DNA of 64,000 nucleotides from Sphaerodactylus townsendi (Eukaryota): assembly GCF_021028975.2 (NCBI RefSeq), contig NC_059434.1, positions 60,884,001-60,948,000 on the forward strand, read 5' to 3'. The translations under genes were made by a program, and so were the position numbers. Below, one piece after another: positions 13,580 to 26,158 of the stretch. The notes under the pieces were generated by a model. That model worked only from the letters and a program-made list of their open reading frames with translations. It searched no databases and was not told the origin of the DNA. Position 1 is the first letter of the stretch, and each line of letters begins with the position of its first letter.

Positions 13580-14588
13580 TTGATGCAGAAATCACGCATC
13601 CATGGCTTTATGGCATCACAGTGCCACAATAATGTGGTTGCAAGGCATGAATTCTCACAATTTTTGCTCTGGGTCACCCTGAAATCACTGTCAGATCATA
13701 ATTCATGTCCATGGATATGACCACAAAAATCATGGATCTGGTGCTTTGTGGCACCCAATGGTGCAAAAACTTTGTTCCAAAGCATGGATCTTTGTGGATC
13801 TTTGGGATTTTTGTTTCAGGTCATGCCAGATTCACCATCAAATCACATTTCATGTCTGTAGCCCCAGACTGAACCACAAAAATCACTATATCTGGCACCA
13901 AGGTGGTGCAAAAACAGGATTCCAAAGCGTGGATTCTCAGATTTCTCTATTAGGTCACCCTGAAATCACAATCCAATCACATTTCATGTCCATAGCCATA
14001 AATGTGACCTCAAAAATCATGGATCTGATGCTTTGTGGTGCTGCAATGGTGCAGAAACAGGTTTCCAAAGCAGAGATTCTCATGGATCACTGGGATTTTT
14101 GTTTCAGGTCATGTTAAATTCACCAGCAATTCACATTACAAGTCTTAGAGCCATGTTTTTGTACCATGGTGTTGCCATGAAATCATGGGTCCATGTTTTT
14201 TTGGGGAAGCTGTGGCCGTGGCTATGATATATGATTTGATATGAGTTTGGGGTGACCCAACACAAAAATCCTGAGGATCCATTGTTCAGAACCATGTTTT
14301 TACACCGTGGAGTTGCCACAATTTCATGGACCCATGATTTTTATGCTACAAACTGAACCCATAGACATGATATGTTGGGGTGAGCTAGTTCAAAAATTCT
14401 AAGGATTCCTGCTTTCCAACCATGTTTTTGCACAATCACAGCCTCACGAAAATTTGGATCAGTGATTTTTGCGGTGCTGCTGATGGACTAAGTATAATGG
14501 TGATTGATTTAGTTTCAATGTAAAAATCATACGAATTCACGAGGATCCACTTAAAATCATCTGGATCCAACTTTTACCCAGTCCCTAA
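13580..14588. repeat. Degenerate ~140-bp tandem array that switches orientation near 14140
   Basis: CAAAAATCATGGATCTG at 13724 and 14011; GGTCACCCTGAAATCAC at 13672 and 13952; reverse-complement motifs CCATGTTTTT at 14151, 14292 and 14420. Confidence 0.75.
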
Positions 14589-15119
14589 ATTGTAGCATGT
14601 CACTGCCGACCCTTTCAGATTGATAGTCCTTACTACAAAGGTCTTCCTCCTGAGCAAAATTTGGGTTAGATCCAGAAAATATTAGTGACTTGGTACCAAG
14701 AAGCAGGGGTGGCTATTTAAAATAGCAAGGCATAAATTTGTATTACATATTTAGGTACACTCCTCAAACGTAAGTCCTTCTCAGTCCAAGGAGCTAACAG
14801 CAAATATGCACTGGGATGTATTGGCACTTCTGGATCTGAACTGTGTAACTGCAACCCCGTGAATAGAATCTGAAGAAGTGAGCTCTGACTTATTCTGGAA
14901 TAAATGCAGTTAGTGTTTAAGATGGTTCTGATCTTCTCTTTAACATATTTACAAGCACTACAGCTATTTTCCTCATGGGGCCAGCTGTAGGAAAACGAGG
15001 CCTAACCCTATGGGACATTTCTCCCACACTCCCCAAAAACCTAAGTATGTAAACGGACTGCACGTTGCCCTGCCCAGCACTAAATTCCGAGCTCTCCATC
15101 CTGCTATTTGCACAATTGG

Positions 15120-15555
15120 AAGGGTCTGGGGCGGGGCCTCTTTAACTGGGCGTGGCTACCTGCTGTCTGTCTTCTATACTAATCCATCACAAGGCCACGT
15201 CGAGCGTTCTCAGGATCTGAAAGGTCAACAGAACTTCACCATCTCGCTTGGTAACGGGATGAAAAAAAAATCCACTCTTTAAACTTATGTTTAAACTTTA
15301 AACTTTTGTTACTTTAACATTCGTCTTCTGGTATGCTATCAAGTATGTTTTTTGTGCGCTTGTTCTTCTTCCCTTTGTTTTTTTGTTTTGTCTAGCTTCC
15401 AGGACAATTCCTCAGAGGTTTTCCGTTATCGTGTCTACGGTGGCTGCAACGAGACAATCCAGTAGCAGGCGGTGTGTTACCGGAAGGCAGTGGTGGTGGA
15501 GAAGTTTCTTTGAGTCGGGACGAACCGGGCTTGAGCTGCCGCCGCCACCGTCGTC
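15120..15555 (+). promoter_or_regulatory. OSTC promoter / CpG-rich 5' region
   Basis: GC box GGGGCGGGGC (~15127), GCCACGT (~15194), ETS CCGGAAG (~15480), CpG-rich sequence leading to the ATG. Confidence 0.6.
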
Positions 15556-15694
15556 ATGGAGACTCTGTACCGGCTGCCGTTCACGGTACTGGAGTGCCCC
15601 AACATCAAGCTGAAGCGGCCGAGCTGGGTGCACATGCCTTCGGCCATGACGGTCTATGCCCTGGTGGTGGTCTCTTACTTCCTCATCACTGGAG
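15556..15694 (+). CDS. OSTC: Oligosaccharyltransferase complex subunit OSTC (DC2), exon 1 ([46 protein letters not shown])
   Basis: GTCATGG Kozak context, donor GTAAAA at 15695; recognisable DC2 N-terminus. Confidence 0.97.
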
Positions 15695-16101
15695 GTAAAA
15701 ATACTCAAGCGCCCCCACCGCCTCCCTTATGCTTATCCTTCCTCCTTATGCTTATCCTTCCTTCTTATTCTTATCCCTCCTCCTGCGCCTTTCTTAAGAT
15801 CCGAGGAAATGATCCATACTCACTTATTGGGGTTGGGAGGCTTCGATTTCCCGTGCTCTCTGTCCCCATCCTTTTCTTTCTTTGGGCGAGGGAGCCAGTT
15901 TGATGTAGTGGTGCAATTGCTAAGATGCAAACTGGGATAACCCAGGTTGGGATCCCTATTTTCCATGGAACTCAATGGGTAACCTGGAGTCCGGAACTCT
16001 CAACCTACCTGATAGGGTTGTTGTGAGGGCAGAATGGAGAAAAGTTATGCTATCTTGAGCTTCTTGAGGAAAGGGTGGCATAATAGTGAATTTAAAAAAT
16101 A

Positions 16102-16195
16102 GTCAGGAGAAAATGCTACTAGAACACGGCCGTACAGCTCGGAAACCGCACAACACCCTAGTGATTTCGGCCGTGAAAACCTTCGACAATACATT
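16102..16195 (+). mobile_element. Penelope-like terminal fragment in OSTC intron 1
   Basis: Reverse complement of 6520-6605 (GTCAGGAGAAAATGCTACTAGAACACGGCC...GGCCGTGAAAACCTTC). Confidence 0.7.
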
Positions 16196-18308
16196 AAAAA
16201 AATGGTGCTCTTTTAGAAACCATCCGTGCTCAATAGCAGCAGCTGACTTATACTTATATTTAAAAAAATTGAAGATTAAAAATAACTATTATGTTTACTA
16301 GCAAGGTTCAGTATCTATTCTGCAAATGGGATTTTCATATCACATGGTGGGTTTAGTCAGATTCTGGAAAAAAAAGTTTGTGCATCTCTCTTCTCCACAG
16401 TCGGGATCCAGAGTCATCCTCTTCTTCATTCTGTCCTTACAGAAACCCTGTGAGGGTTGTTAGGCTAAGAATATGCCAAAAGTCATTTCCTGAGCATCCA
16501 GGCACACTGGGGATTTGAACCCAGGTTTCCCAGATCCTGCTCTGATATTCTAGTTGCTACACCACACTGGCAACACTTGCCTTAGACCTGGTTTACATAC
16601 AAAGGAGAGTGAAACATTAACGTGGCTGAAATGGTTGTATCGCTACAGGTGATGAATTCCAGTGCTGAATGTGTCTTTGCATTAAAAAAACAACCCTGCA
16701 TGCAGATAGAAAACTAGCACAGCAGGTTCTGTGTTATTTGCTGTGCTGGTTTTCTCTTTGTAAGGATTTGCATTTCAGAATGTGATCTCCATGTGCAGTG
16801 TGAAGTGGAGCTCCTTGTTTTATCCTCTTGTGTGCATAAATCAAGTCAGAAACTGAACTCCCAATAGCTTAGCTGGAGAATGGTGTGATGCAATCCTTAG
16901 CCAGTCTAAATGGTTCTCCTTGATCTGTGAGGGACTGGGGGAAGGCAGCTAATGGGCTACACATTGATTAATTTTGCAGGGCAATAAGAGATGGTCTTTC
17001 CACTGAGGTCAGAAGCCATATTCCTTTGGCCTGGGGGCTTCATTTTTGTTGACCAGTGCTACTAGCTTAGAGAGAAAAGGTCCAGATCATTGAAACACAG
17101 CATGGTGTGTTAGCATTAATGACATATCCTTTATTTGTGCGGCTTGGACTGGGAGTTCTCTCTTAAGAACAGATGGATACATCTCCAACGTATCACTCAC
17201 CCCAATTTGTTCCATTCACTAACTCTCCCCCCACTAACCTTTGTGCAGTGTTGGCTTTCTTTTTCCAGCTTGCTGTTGTGTATTTGTCATTGTGTTTTTA
17301 CAGTCCCGTCTTATATGTGTTTACTCAGAAGCAAGTATGTAATAAGGCTTGCAGTCTGATAAGTATCCCTAGGATTGCAGCCTGATTTATTTAAATTACT
17401 ATAATCTGTTTGCTTTTTTTTTCAGCTGAAAAGAGGTATATTATTGTAAATAAAACACTCCTTTTTTTGCGAATAAGCACCCAAGTCCTCATACTGAGAG
17501 TTCTTTCAGAATGATAACTACAACCTGTGATGTTTAAATAGCAGTTCAAGAGAGAATGTTGGGAGACTTGCTATGCCCAGTTGTATGATTAACTTATGCC
17601 TCAAGTTGTGATGATGGTTGCTGAACTTAAACAGGTTTCTGTAAATGTAAGATGAAATCATGTAGAATATATCCATTACTGGTCATAGTAGTGAAATAGA
17701 ACATAACATCCCAGTAGCAGTGTAACTCCAATGCTAGGGCTACACATTGATTACACTTTTTCTTCTTATCAGTCAGTTTTTGTACTTTATACTTTTTTCT
17801 GAGTGGCTAACTCCATTAACAGAATTTGGTGCCTCACCAGATCAGATTTTTTACAATGAAAATAAAGGGTGGTCAGGGCCTTTTTATAGTTGGAGCAATC
17901 TATAAAATCCTGGTTTGAAATGTCTGTTCTTATTAAATTGATGCATGCTGGATGACCCACTTAAGACAGTTCTTAATTCCATGATGAGCTCTTTGTAGAT
18001 CTTCAAAAGGTCTGTGGTTAGCTCTGGGTGTAAGCTGCTTTGAGACTCCTTACGATAGAAAAAGTGGGGTATAAAATCTACTGTTCTTCATGGTGATGTG
18101 CCTTTCGTTCATTCCCGTCAATAATTCTGACTGGTAATGCGTTTTCATCTTACATTAGCTCCCTGGTAGTGTTTATTTTCATAGGGTTTTGTTTCCCTAA
18201 TGAAGAGCTGGTTTAAAGAGAGACTTACCAGTATCACTGTGACTAAAAATGGAGTGCTTCCTTCCAAGATAAATTCACAATTTGTTATTTTTTCTCTTTT
18301 TTTAATAG

Positions 18309-18402
18309 GAATCATTTATGATGTGATTGTGGAACCTCCCAGTGTTGGTTCAATGACAGATGAACATGGACACCAGAGACCCGTGGCCTTTCTGGCATAC
18401 AG
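18309..18402 (+). CDS. OSTC: OSTC exon 2 ([32 protein letters not shown])
   Basis: Polypyrimidine tract + TAATAG acceptor, GTAGAC donor, 94 nt. Confidence 0.97.
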
Positions 18403-18875
18403 GTAGACAAGATACCTTGTTCCAGGTATTAGAAAGGAATGAATACAAGTGGAATGTTAAGCTGGGCTTGAACACAGCATTATTAGGTTTAGTGTCATTG
18501 TTTGGTTTAGTGTCATAATAGAGAAAATAGTAACCCAAGCATCTTGATTGTTCACCAATGTTGTCCTTTTGGCAGCAGGAACTAAGTTCAACTAACAATA
18601 GTTCATCGGAAAGGAACAGCTGAAAAGCACCGAAACAGGTTTTCAGAAGGATTTGTAGCATGTACAGCTGCATGCAGTAGTCAGGCTGCCCTCTTCAAGG
18701 AGCACTGAGCTAGAGCAGCATGAAATAGGGTACAACATCTGGCATTCAATGACTTGCAATAAGAACTTGTTTAGTAAGGCTTGGTTTTTGGTGGTAGATG
18801 CTTCCCAATGTGAACGTTGTACTCTGTGGCTTGGTGCCTATGCTATGTAAGCACAGCAGCACACATGAAAAGGAG

Positions 18876-19040
18876 CAGAGGCATAGCGCCAACGGGGAGG
18901 GGTGGGGTGTGACGCCCCGGGCAGAGCCGCAGTGGAGGCGTGGCCAGGCTGCGGAGGGGTGTATGTGTGGGGATGGTTGCTGGTGCGGCAGGGGTGTAGC
19001 GCACGTGCCCCAGGCAGAATTTCCCCTCGCTCCGCCTCTG
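18876..19040. mobile_element. GC-rich hAT MITE in OSTC intron 2
   Basis: TIRs CAGAGGCATAGCG / CGCTCCGCCTCTG; TSD AAAAGGAG/AAAAGAAG. Confidence 0.75.
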
Positions 19041-19484
19041 AAAAGAAGTTTTCTGGCATTCCCCATCTTGCCGTTCCCCATTAAATCCTGTTCCCAGGTA
19101 TCAGCTAATTCTGGGAAGCAAAATGCAGCTGTGCAGTGGGTGGGGAATTGGCTAAATAGCTCTCCCCACACACACACACATGCGCGCAGAGAAACACAAA
19201 TGTACCAGCAGAAGTGCCTTCCATCAGTGGAAAATAGGGTCCAACCCTTGGCTTCTGCAGTCAACTGTGGTATGATAAGATTCATTGCCAGAAAACACAG
19301 GGAGCCATGACCATGGTAGCTTGCTGATAATCTCACTCCTTTTGAGGAGTTTCTGCATTGTTTGAAAGGTTAGATCCCACACGGTTTCAGTCAAGAAGTA
19401 AATATTCATGCAATGCAAGCCTGGGTATTTTCTTTCTGTTCTGTCTTACCTGTGACTTGCAGAATTACTGGGTGTTGTCACTGA

Positions 19485-19766
<282 letters not shown>

Positions 19767-20377
19767 TAAGTGGATGCTTGTCACATCATTTTCTTCTTTC
19801 CTTTTAATTTTTAGTTGTCATACAGAAATGTAGTTGGGAACAGAGTGGAGAATAGAGCAACCTGAAATATAACCACTTGTTTTCAAGTTCTTTACACATA
19901 AAAAGAAAACATTTAGTACCATTACTTGTGCCATAAAGTTAAGGAGTGGACAGTAAACATCTTTTTATTTGGCAATCATTGCATCGTGTTCCAGAAAGAT
20001 GTCAGGACCTTGAAACCATGTTTCGTGAGTAAATAATGAAAAAATTGCTATAATACAGTATTCAAAGGTGAGAGAATTAATACTGGAAAAAGTGCTATAT
20101 AAAAACAAGATGCTCTTAGCATTTTGCAGACACTGCAGGTATTTACAGCAATTCTGTATCATAGGCCAGTTTTATTATTCTGTTATTAAAGTTGAATCTT
20201 TTGTGGTTAGCAAAAACTTTGAAGAACTGTTGAATAAAGATTTGCTCAGGAAAACATAATTTCTGACATTTTGAAAGGAAATTAATTTCAGATTTCAGCC
20301 TGGATTAAACGCCTTCAGTCAGCACATGATAGTCATGTTGGATCTTATATACTTATGTCATCATAGAGAATAAAACT

Positions 20378-20643
20378 GGTCACTAACTGGATAGCTTTAA
20401 AAGGGGCTTGGACAGATTTGTGGAGGAGAAGCCAATCTATGGCTACCAATCTTGATCCTCCTTGATCTGTGATTGCAAATGCCTTTGGAGACCAGGTGCT
20501 CTGCAGCAGTAGCAGCAGAAGGCCATTGCTTTCACCTCCTGCATGTGAGCTCCTAAAGGCATCTGGTGGGCCGCTGTGAGTAGCAGAGTGCTGGAGTAGA
20601 TGGACTCTGGTCTGATCCAGCAGGCTCTTTCTTATGTTCTTAC
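20378..20643 (+). mobile_element. CR1 3'-end fragment of the same family, in OSTC intron 3
   Basis: Highly similar to 25891-26158, ends CTTATGTTCTTA. Confidence 0.9.
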
Positions 20644-21123
20644 GGTTTGCCTTAGCATAGCTTATAGCAAACTGGTTGTGTTTATGAAGTGGCCAGTGAA
20701 CTCCTTAAATCTGAAAGGGCTTTTGTTGAGGGGATTCTATTAAAAGTGATGTGAATTGCACTCTTTTGAGCGGGAGATGCTCTAGAATCAGTGGTACAGG
20801 ATTTGCTTTTTATGCAGATGGACCCAGGTAAAGTCCTCAACATCTGCAGTTAAAAAGATTCAGATGACGGGAGACATAAATAATCTCTGCTTGAGACTCT
20901 GGAGAGCCAGTTCTGATCAAAGTAGACAACGCTGACCTTGATGGACCAATGGTCTGATTTGGTATAGGGCTCAACAAATGGTGCAGTTTTGAGTTCTTGA
21001 TCAACATATATGGGCAGTTGTGTCCTTGTTAATCTTGGTGTGTAACGATAAGCCTGCAGAAAACATGAGCTATTTCTAAGCATAAAGCAGGCATGAAAAC
21101 CTCGGTATTCATTTAGAGACTAA

Positions 21124-21554
21124 GGCTGTTTTTTTGCATGGTGGCGGAAACACAGATTCACCGGCATCGTTATGCTGGTGGAGCCTCGGGGACTGTTCGC
21201 ACACTATTGTGCAAGCGGCCCTGACTTTCTCCCCAGCCGGAGAGGTGGCTCTGCACTGCTCTAGAGGGCTGGAGGGACACGCCCATGCTGCCCTCTGACC
21301 TCCAGGGGTCGGAGGGCAGCGTGGGCGTGTTCCTTCAGCCCTCCAGAGCAGTGCTGGATGGGAAGGTGAGTGGAGGGGATGGGAAAAGCGGTGTCTTCCT
21401 GCTGGTGCTGTTTGCACTGCGCCGGCGGGAAGCCGCCGCTTTTAAAAAATGGCGCCTTCGTGCCGCTTGCGGGGAGCCAGGATGGCTAACAGCACCCTAG
21501 GGATGGCGTTTTTCCATCCCTAGGGTGCTGTTATTTGGCCGTGCAGAAACAGCC
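21124..21554. mobile_element. PIF/Harbinger-like MITE with internal hairpins, OSTC intron 3
   Basis: GGCTGTTT...AAACAGCC ends with TAA on both sides. Confidence 0.75.
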
Positions 21555-22176
21555 TAAGTGACAAGGGACACACCACCAAGCTTAACCCTGCCTCTTCTAA
21601 TTTTTTAAAAATTATTTTTCAAAATATATTAAACACATTAGAAAAAAAAGTGCTAGAAAATAGTTGAAATTACAGCACAAAAATATCTAACCCGAAATTG
21701 TGTTAAATACACATTGCATCATGGATCCTGATATAACATTTTCTGATTACTAGAGAGACCTTATAAGGTCTTAGAATCTTTGTCATTTGTCTCCTGGCTC
21801 CAAAGCATTTTTCCTAGTCCCGTTATTATATCATAGTCATTATCAGTTTTCAATTCTCGAGTCATCTTGTTTTTACATAATCTATTCAGATTCATGTAGA
21901 AAATAAAGACCCTGCCTCTTAAGCTGCTTCATGCATGAGACACCTACACAGTAGTTGGATCAGTGTTAGAGAGAGCAGATGGGGTCAGGTCATGCAGTTA
22001 ATCCTGACTTTCCAGCTTGTGTACAACCAAGCTGTATGAAGGCACTCATCATTTAAACATCACGCTCTAAGACCTTCAGGTAGGCTTCTTGCTTTCATCC
22101 TTTTAAGCTGCTTCCGTTCCGTAGTGTGTTTTACTTCATTTTTCTTTCCCATCAAATCTTTCTTTTTGTATTTCAG

Positions 22177-22195
22177 GGGCTATTTAATGGGCTAG
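22177..22195 (+). CDS. OSTC: OSTC exon 4 (GYLMG*)
   Basis: Long polypyrimidine tract + TTTCAG, TAG at 22193-22195; total CDS 450 nt = 149 aa + stop. Confidence 0.95.
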
Positions 22196-23884
22196 TGCTT
22201 TCTCTGGCTGAGGTGTGCACAGTTTGGATTCTCTCCTTCTCCGCGTAAAGAAACAAGTCAGCAAAAACTCTGCGGCCTCTTCCTTCACGTCTGAAGAGAA
22301 AAGAAAAAGAGAACTGACCAAGGAAAGGACTGCCTTCTCATTCTCCTATTAGAAAAAGAAGCATTTGTTGCAAACAGTTTTTATTGACAGATGTCTGTTT
22401 GTGTTTTTCCCCCACTTCAAAGAGAACAAATTATTTGGAATATCATTAAGGCAGAAGTTTATGGAGCAGAAAAATATAACATTTTCACACACCAACACAC
22501 CCCCTCCCCCAAAAAAGTGACTAAAAGAAAGTCATATTACTTTATTTCATTATACCTGCCATAGTAGTCCCTCTACTTGTGAGAGGGTTTTTTTCCGTTA
22601 ATCAGGGTAAAAAAATGTATACATTGATCTTTTAGGTGTCTGTAAGTGGAAATAATTGTTGGTGATTGCCATTGTTCACCAGCAAGTGGGATTCAGCAGA
22701 TGGCTCTCTATTTATGGCTGAAAAAAGCAGCCCAAATTGACCATACTTACTGGTAAACTGCAGTGGGGTGGGGGATTAGCGGATGCCTGAAACTGGGCTC
22801 CTGGTTCTTCATCCATCTCAGTCTCCTGCCACCAGTCTCCTGTTGGGTGATGCAAGATGTCTTTCTGTATACGTGCAGCAGGAGCACTGTTTGTATAAAC
22901 CCATATGCTCGGGCAAGGTCTTTCATTTTCCTCACCAGCCTTCTTCAGCATCAGCAGAGCTGATTCACACGTTTCCACACTAGGGCGTGTCCTTGCTCTC
23001 AAGTATTGACTTGGATACCATTAGCACTGACATTTCATGCTCTCAACGCAAACAGACACAGGCAAAGGAAACCCATTTTTGAGCAAAAGTAGTTCTTCCT
23101 TTTGGTAAAGGCATTTTAAAAAGGACAGATTAAATAATTTTTCTATTGAACCACCCTGTTCCGTATTCATCATTCATAAATGTTAAGTACTTCTGGTGTT
23201 GATCTTTTGTGTAACTTGAGCCTGGTAACTGGCCAGTAACCAGTGGCGAGTCTGCAGAGTGGGAGCAATATGAGGATTCCACTTCGTGCCCCATAGTCGC
23301 TGGGCTGCAGCATTCGGTACCAACTGGAGTTTCAAGATTATCGGCATTGGTTCTGAGTTATTTGATGCTCACTGATAAAGGAGGAGGGACTAGAAAGGAA
23401 ATGTTTAAGTAAAGTAAAAGCTCATCTATAGAACAAGTGTAACCTCTTTCTGTGGGTTCTGTGGGGCAGTACTTGGAAGGAATTGCAAAGAACTGAATTA
23501 AAACAAAACAGTTTACTTCTCTTAACAAATAACACTTTTTAAACATTTAACATTTACACTTTACAGTCCTGTTAAGTTTGCATTTTCAAGTCCTTATATT
23601 TACAGTCTACTGATATTGCCAAGTCCAATTCTTCTTTGCTGGTGGTTGGTTCATGGAGACTCCAGAGGCTTGGTGAACAGGATTCAAGATGATGAAGGTT
23701 CCCAGAAAACTCTCACCATTTACATTCACAAAAACCCTGAAACAATACATTTTAACATTTACAATATTTCAAAAAAATAAACTCTCCATTAGTTCCCAAC
23801 AACATTGCAGTTACCGTAAACAAGGTGTTAAAGTCTTAATAAAATCAGTCAGGGGCCCAGCCTGGTAGCCTTGCTTCCTCCAAC

Positions 23885-26158
23885 TTCATGAGGGGGATAG
23901 TGCGCAGGAAGCTGAAAGGGAAAATTAAGAGAGTCAAAACTGTCCAAGATGCTTGGAGGTTATTTAAAAACACAGTCTTAAAAGCTCAGCTGGAATGTGT
24001 TCCCCAGGTTAGGAAAGGCAGCGCCCAGTCCAAAAGAAAGCCACCATGGTTAACAATGGAAGTTTAGGAAATTATTAGGAAAAAAAGATGTCTTTTAGAA
24101 AATGGAAGTCCAACTTAACTGATGAAGAATACCAGAGAGAACACAAATGGTGGCAAAAGAGAAGCAAGTTAGCTGCAAGGGAGGCAAAAAGATTATGAGG
24201 AATGCATGGCTGTGAGCATCAAGACCAGCAACAAACAGTTCTTCAAGTACATCAAAAACAGGAAGCCAGCTAGGGAAGCGGTAGGCCCATTAGATGACGA
24301 AGGAACAAAAGGTGTGCTAAAAGATGAAAAGGAGATTGCAGAGAAGCTGAATGAATTCTTTGCATCTGTCTTCACCCAAGGGGAGGTGAGGAAAATTCCT
24401 GCACTTGAACCAAGCTTCTTAGGAGATGAATCCGAGGAACTAGCAAAGATAGTGGTAGACAAGGAAGAAGTTCTGGCAGCCATTGATAAACTAAATGCTA
24501 CCAAATCCCCTGGCCCAGATTGCATTAATCCAAGAGTTCTTAAAGAGCTCAAGCATGAAATTGCTGATGTTCTCACTTCAATATGCAACTTATCCCTGAA
24601 ATCTGCCTTCATCCCTGAAGACTGGAAGATGGCCAATGTCACACCAATCTTTAAGAAAGGGCCTTCCGGGAGGAAATTACAGGCCAGTCAGTTTGACATC
24701 TGTTCCTGGTAAATTAGTAGAATCTATCATTAAAGATGAAATTATAAAACATGTAGAAAAGCAAGACCTGCTGAGGAAGAGTCAGCATGGCTTTTGCAGA
24801 GGCAAATCCTGTCTTACAAACTTACTAGAGTTCTTTGAGGGTGTAAACAGGCATGTGGATAAGGGGGAACCAGTGGACATTGTCTACTTGGATTTCCAAA
24901 AGGCTTTTGACAAAGTTCCTCACCAGAGACTGTTGAGAAAACTCAGCAATGAAGGAATAAGAGGGGAAGTCCTCCTATGGATTAAAAACTGGTTGAGGAA
25001 CAGGAAACAAAGAGTGGGTATAAATGGGAAGTTCTCACAATGGAGAGATGTAGGGAGTGGTGTCCCCCAAGGATCCGTATTGGGACCAGCGCTCTTTAAC
25101 CTATTCATAAATGACCTGGAAGTAGGGGTGCATAGCGTGGTGGCCAAGTTTGCAGATGATACCAAATTATGTAGGGTGGTGAGAACCACAAAGGATTGCG
25201 AAGAGCTCCAAACGGACCTTGATAAATTAGGTGAGTGGGTTAAGAAATGGCAAATGCAGTTCAATGTAGCAAAATGCAAAGTGATGCACATAGGGGCAAA
25301 AAATCCAAACTTCACATACATGCTACAAGGGTCAGTGCTATCAGTCACAGACCAGGAAAGGGATTTGGGTGTCTTAGTTGATAGTTCCATGGGAATGTCA
25401 ACTCAATGCATGGCAGCTGTGAAAAAGGCGAACTCTATGCTGGGGATAATTAGGAAAGGAGTTGATAATAAAACTGCAAGGATTATCATGCCCTTATATA
25501 AAGTCGTGGTACGACCACACTTGGAGTACTGTGTTCAGTTCTGGTTGCCACATCTCAAAAAGGATATCGAAGAGATAGAAAAAGTGCAGAGAAGGGCAAC
25601 GAGGATGATTGAAGGACTGGAGCACCTTCCTTATGAGGAGAGGCTGCAGCGTTTGGGACTCTTTAGTTTGGAGAGGAGACGTCTGGGGGGGGATATGATT
25701 GAAGTCTATAAAATTATGCATGGGTAGAAAATGTTGACAGAGAGAAATTTTTCTCTCTTTCTCACAATACTAGAACCAGGGGGCATCCACTGAAAATGCT
25801 GGGAGGAAGAATTAGGACTAATAAAAGGAAACACTTCTTCACACAACGTGTGATTGGTGTTTGGAATATGCTGCCACAGGAGGTGGTTATGGCCACTAAC
25901 CTGGATAGCTTTAAAAAGGGCTTGGACAGATTTATGGAGGAGAAGTTGATCTATGGCTACCAATCTTGATCCTCCTTGATCTCAGATTGCAAATGCCTTA
26001 GCAGACCAGGTGCTCAGGAGCAGCAGCCGCAGAAGGCCATTGCTTTCACCTCCTGCATGTGAGCTCCCAAAGGCATCTGGTGGGCCACTGCGAGTAGCAG
26101 AGAGCTGGACTAGATGGACTTTGGTCTGATCCAGCAGACTAGTTCTTATGTTCTTATG
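23885..26158 (+). mobile_element. 5'-truncated CR1 LINE with 3' UTR and (GTTCTTAT)n tail
   Basis: ORF2 remnants followed by 3' UTR ending GTTCTTATGTTCTTATG. Confidence 0.95.
24206..25960 (+). pseudogene. CR1 ORF2 reverse transcriptase region, frameshifted (near 24660 and 25725)
   Basis: Motifs KSPGPD, NYRPVSLTS, YLDFQKAFDKVPH, GVPQGSVLGP, KFADDTKL and RPHLEYCVQFW split over ORFs 24206-24712 and 24636-25727. Confidence 0.92.

Noticed and set aside
13580-14588. CRISPR-like repeat-spacer array
   Set aside because: Eukaryotic locus; whole units are homologous and degenerate, with no unique spacers or cas genes.
18746-19336. Overlapping 196-aa and 170-aa ORFs in OSTC intron 2
   Set aside because: Explained by a GC-rich MITE that suppresses stop codons.
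24193-25963. Minus-strand ORFs opposite CR1 ORF2
   Set aside because: Antisense shadows of the reverse transcriptase frame.
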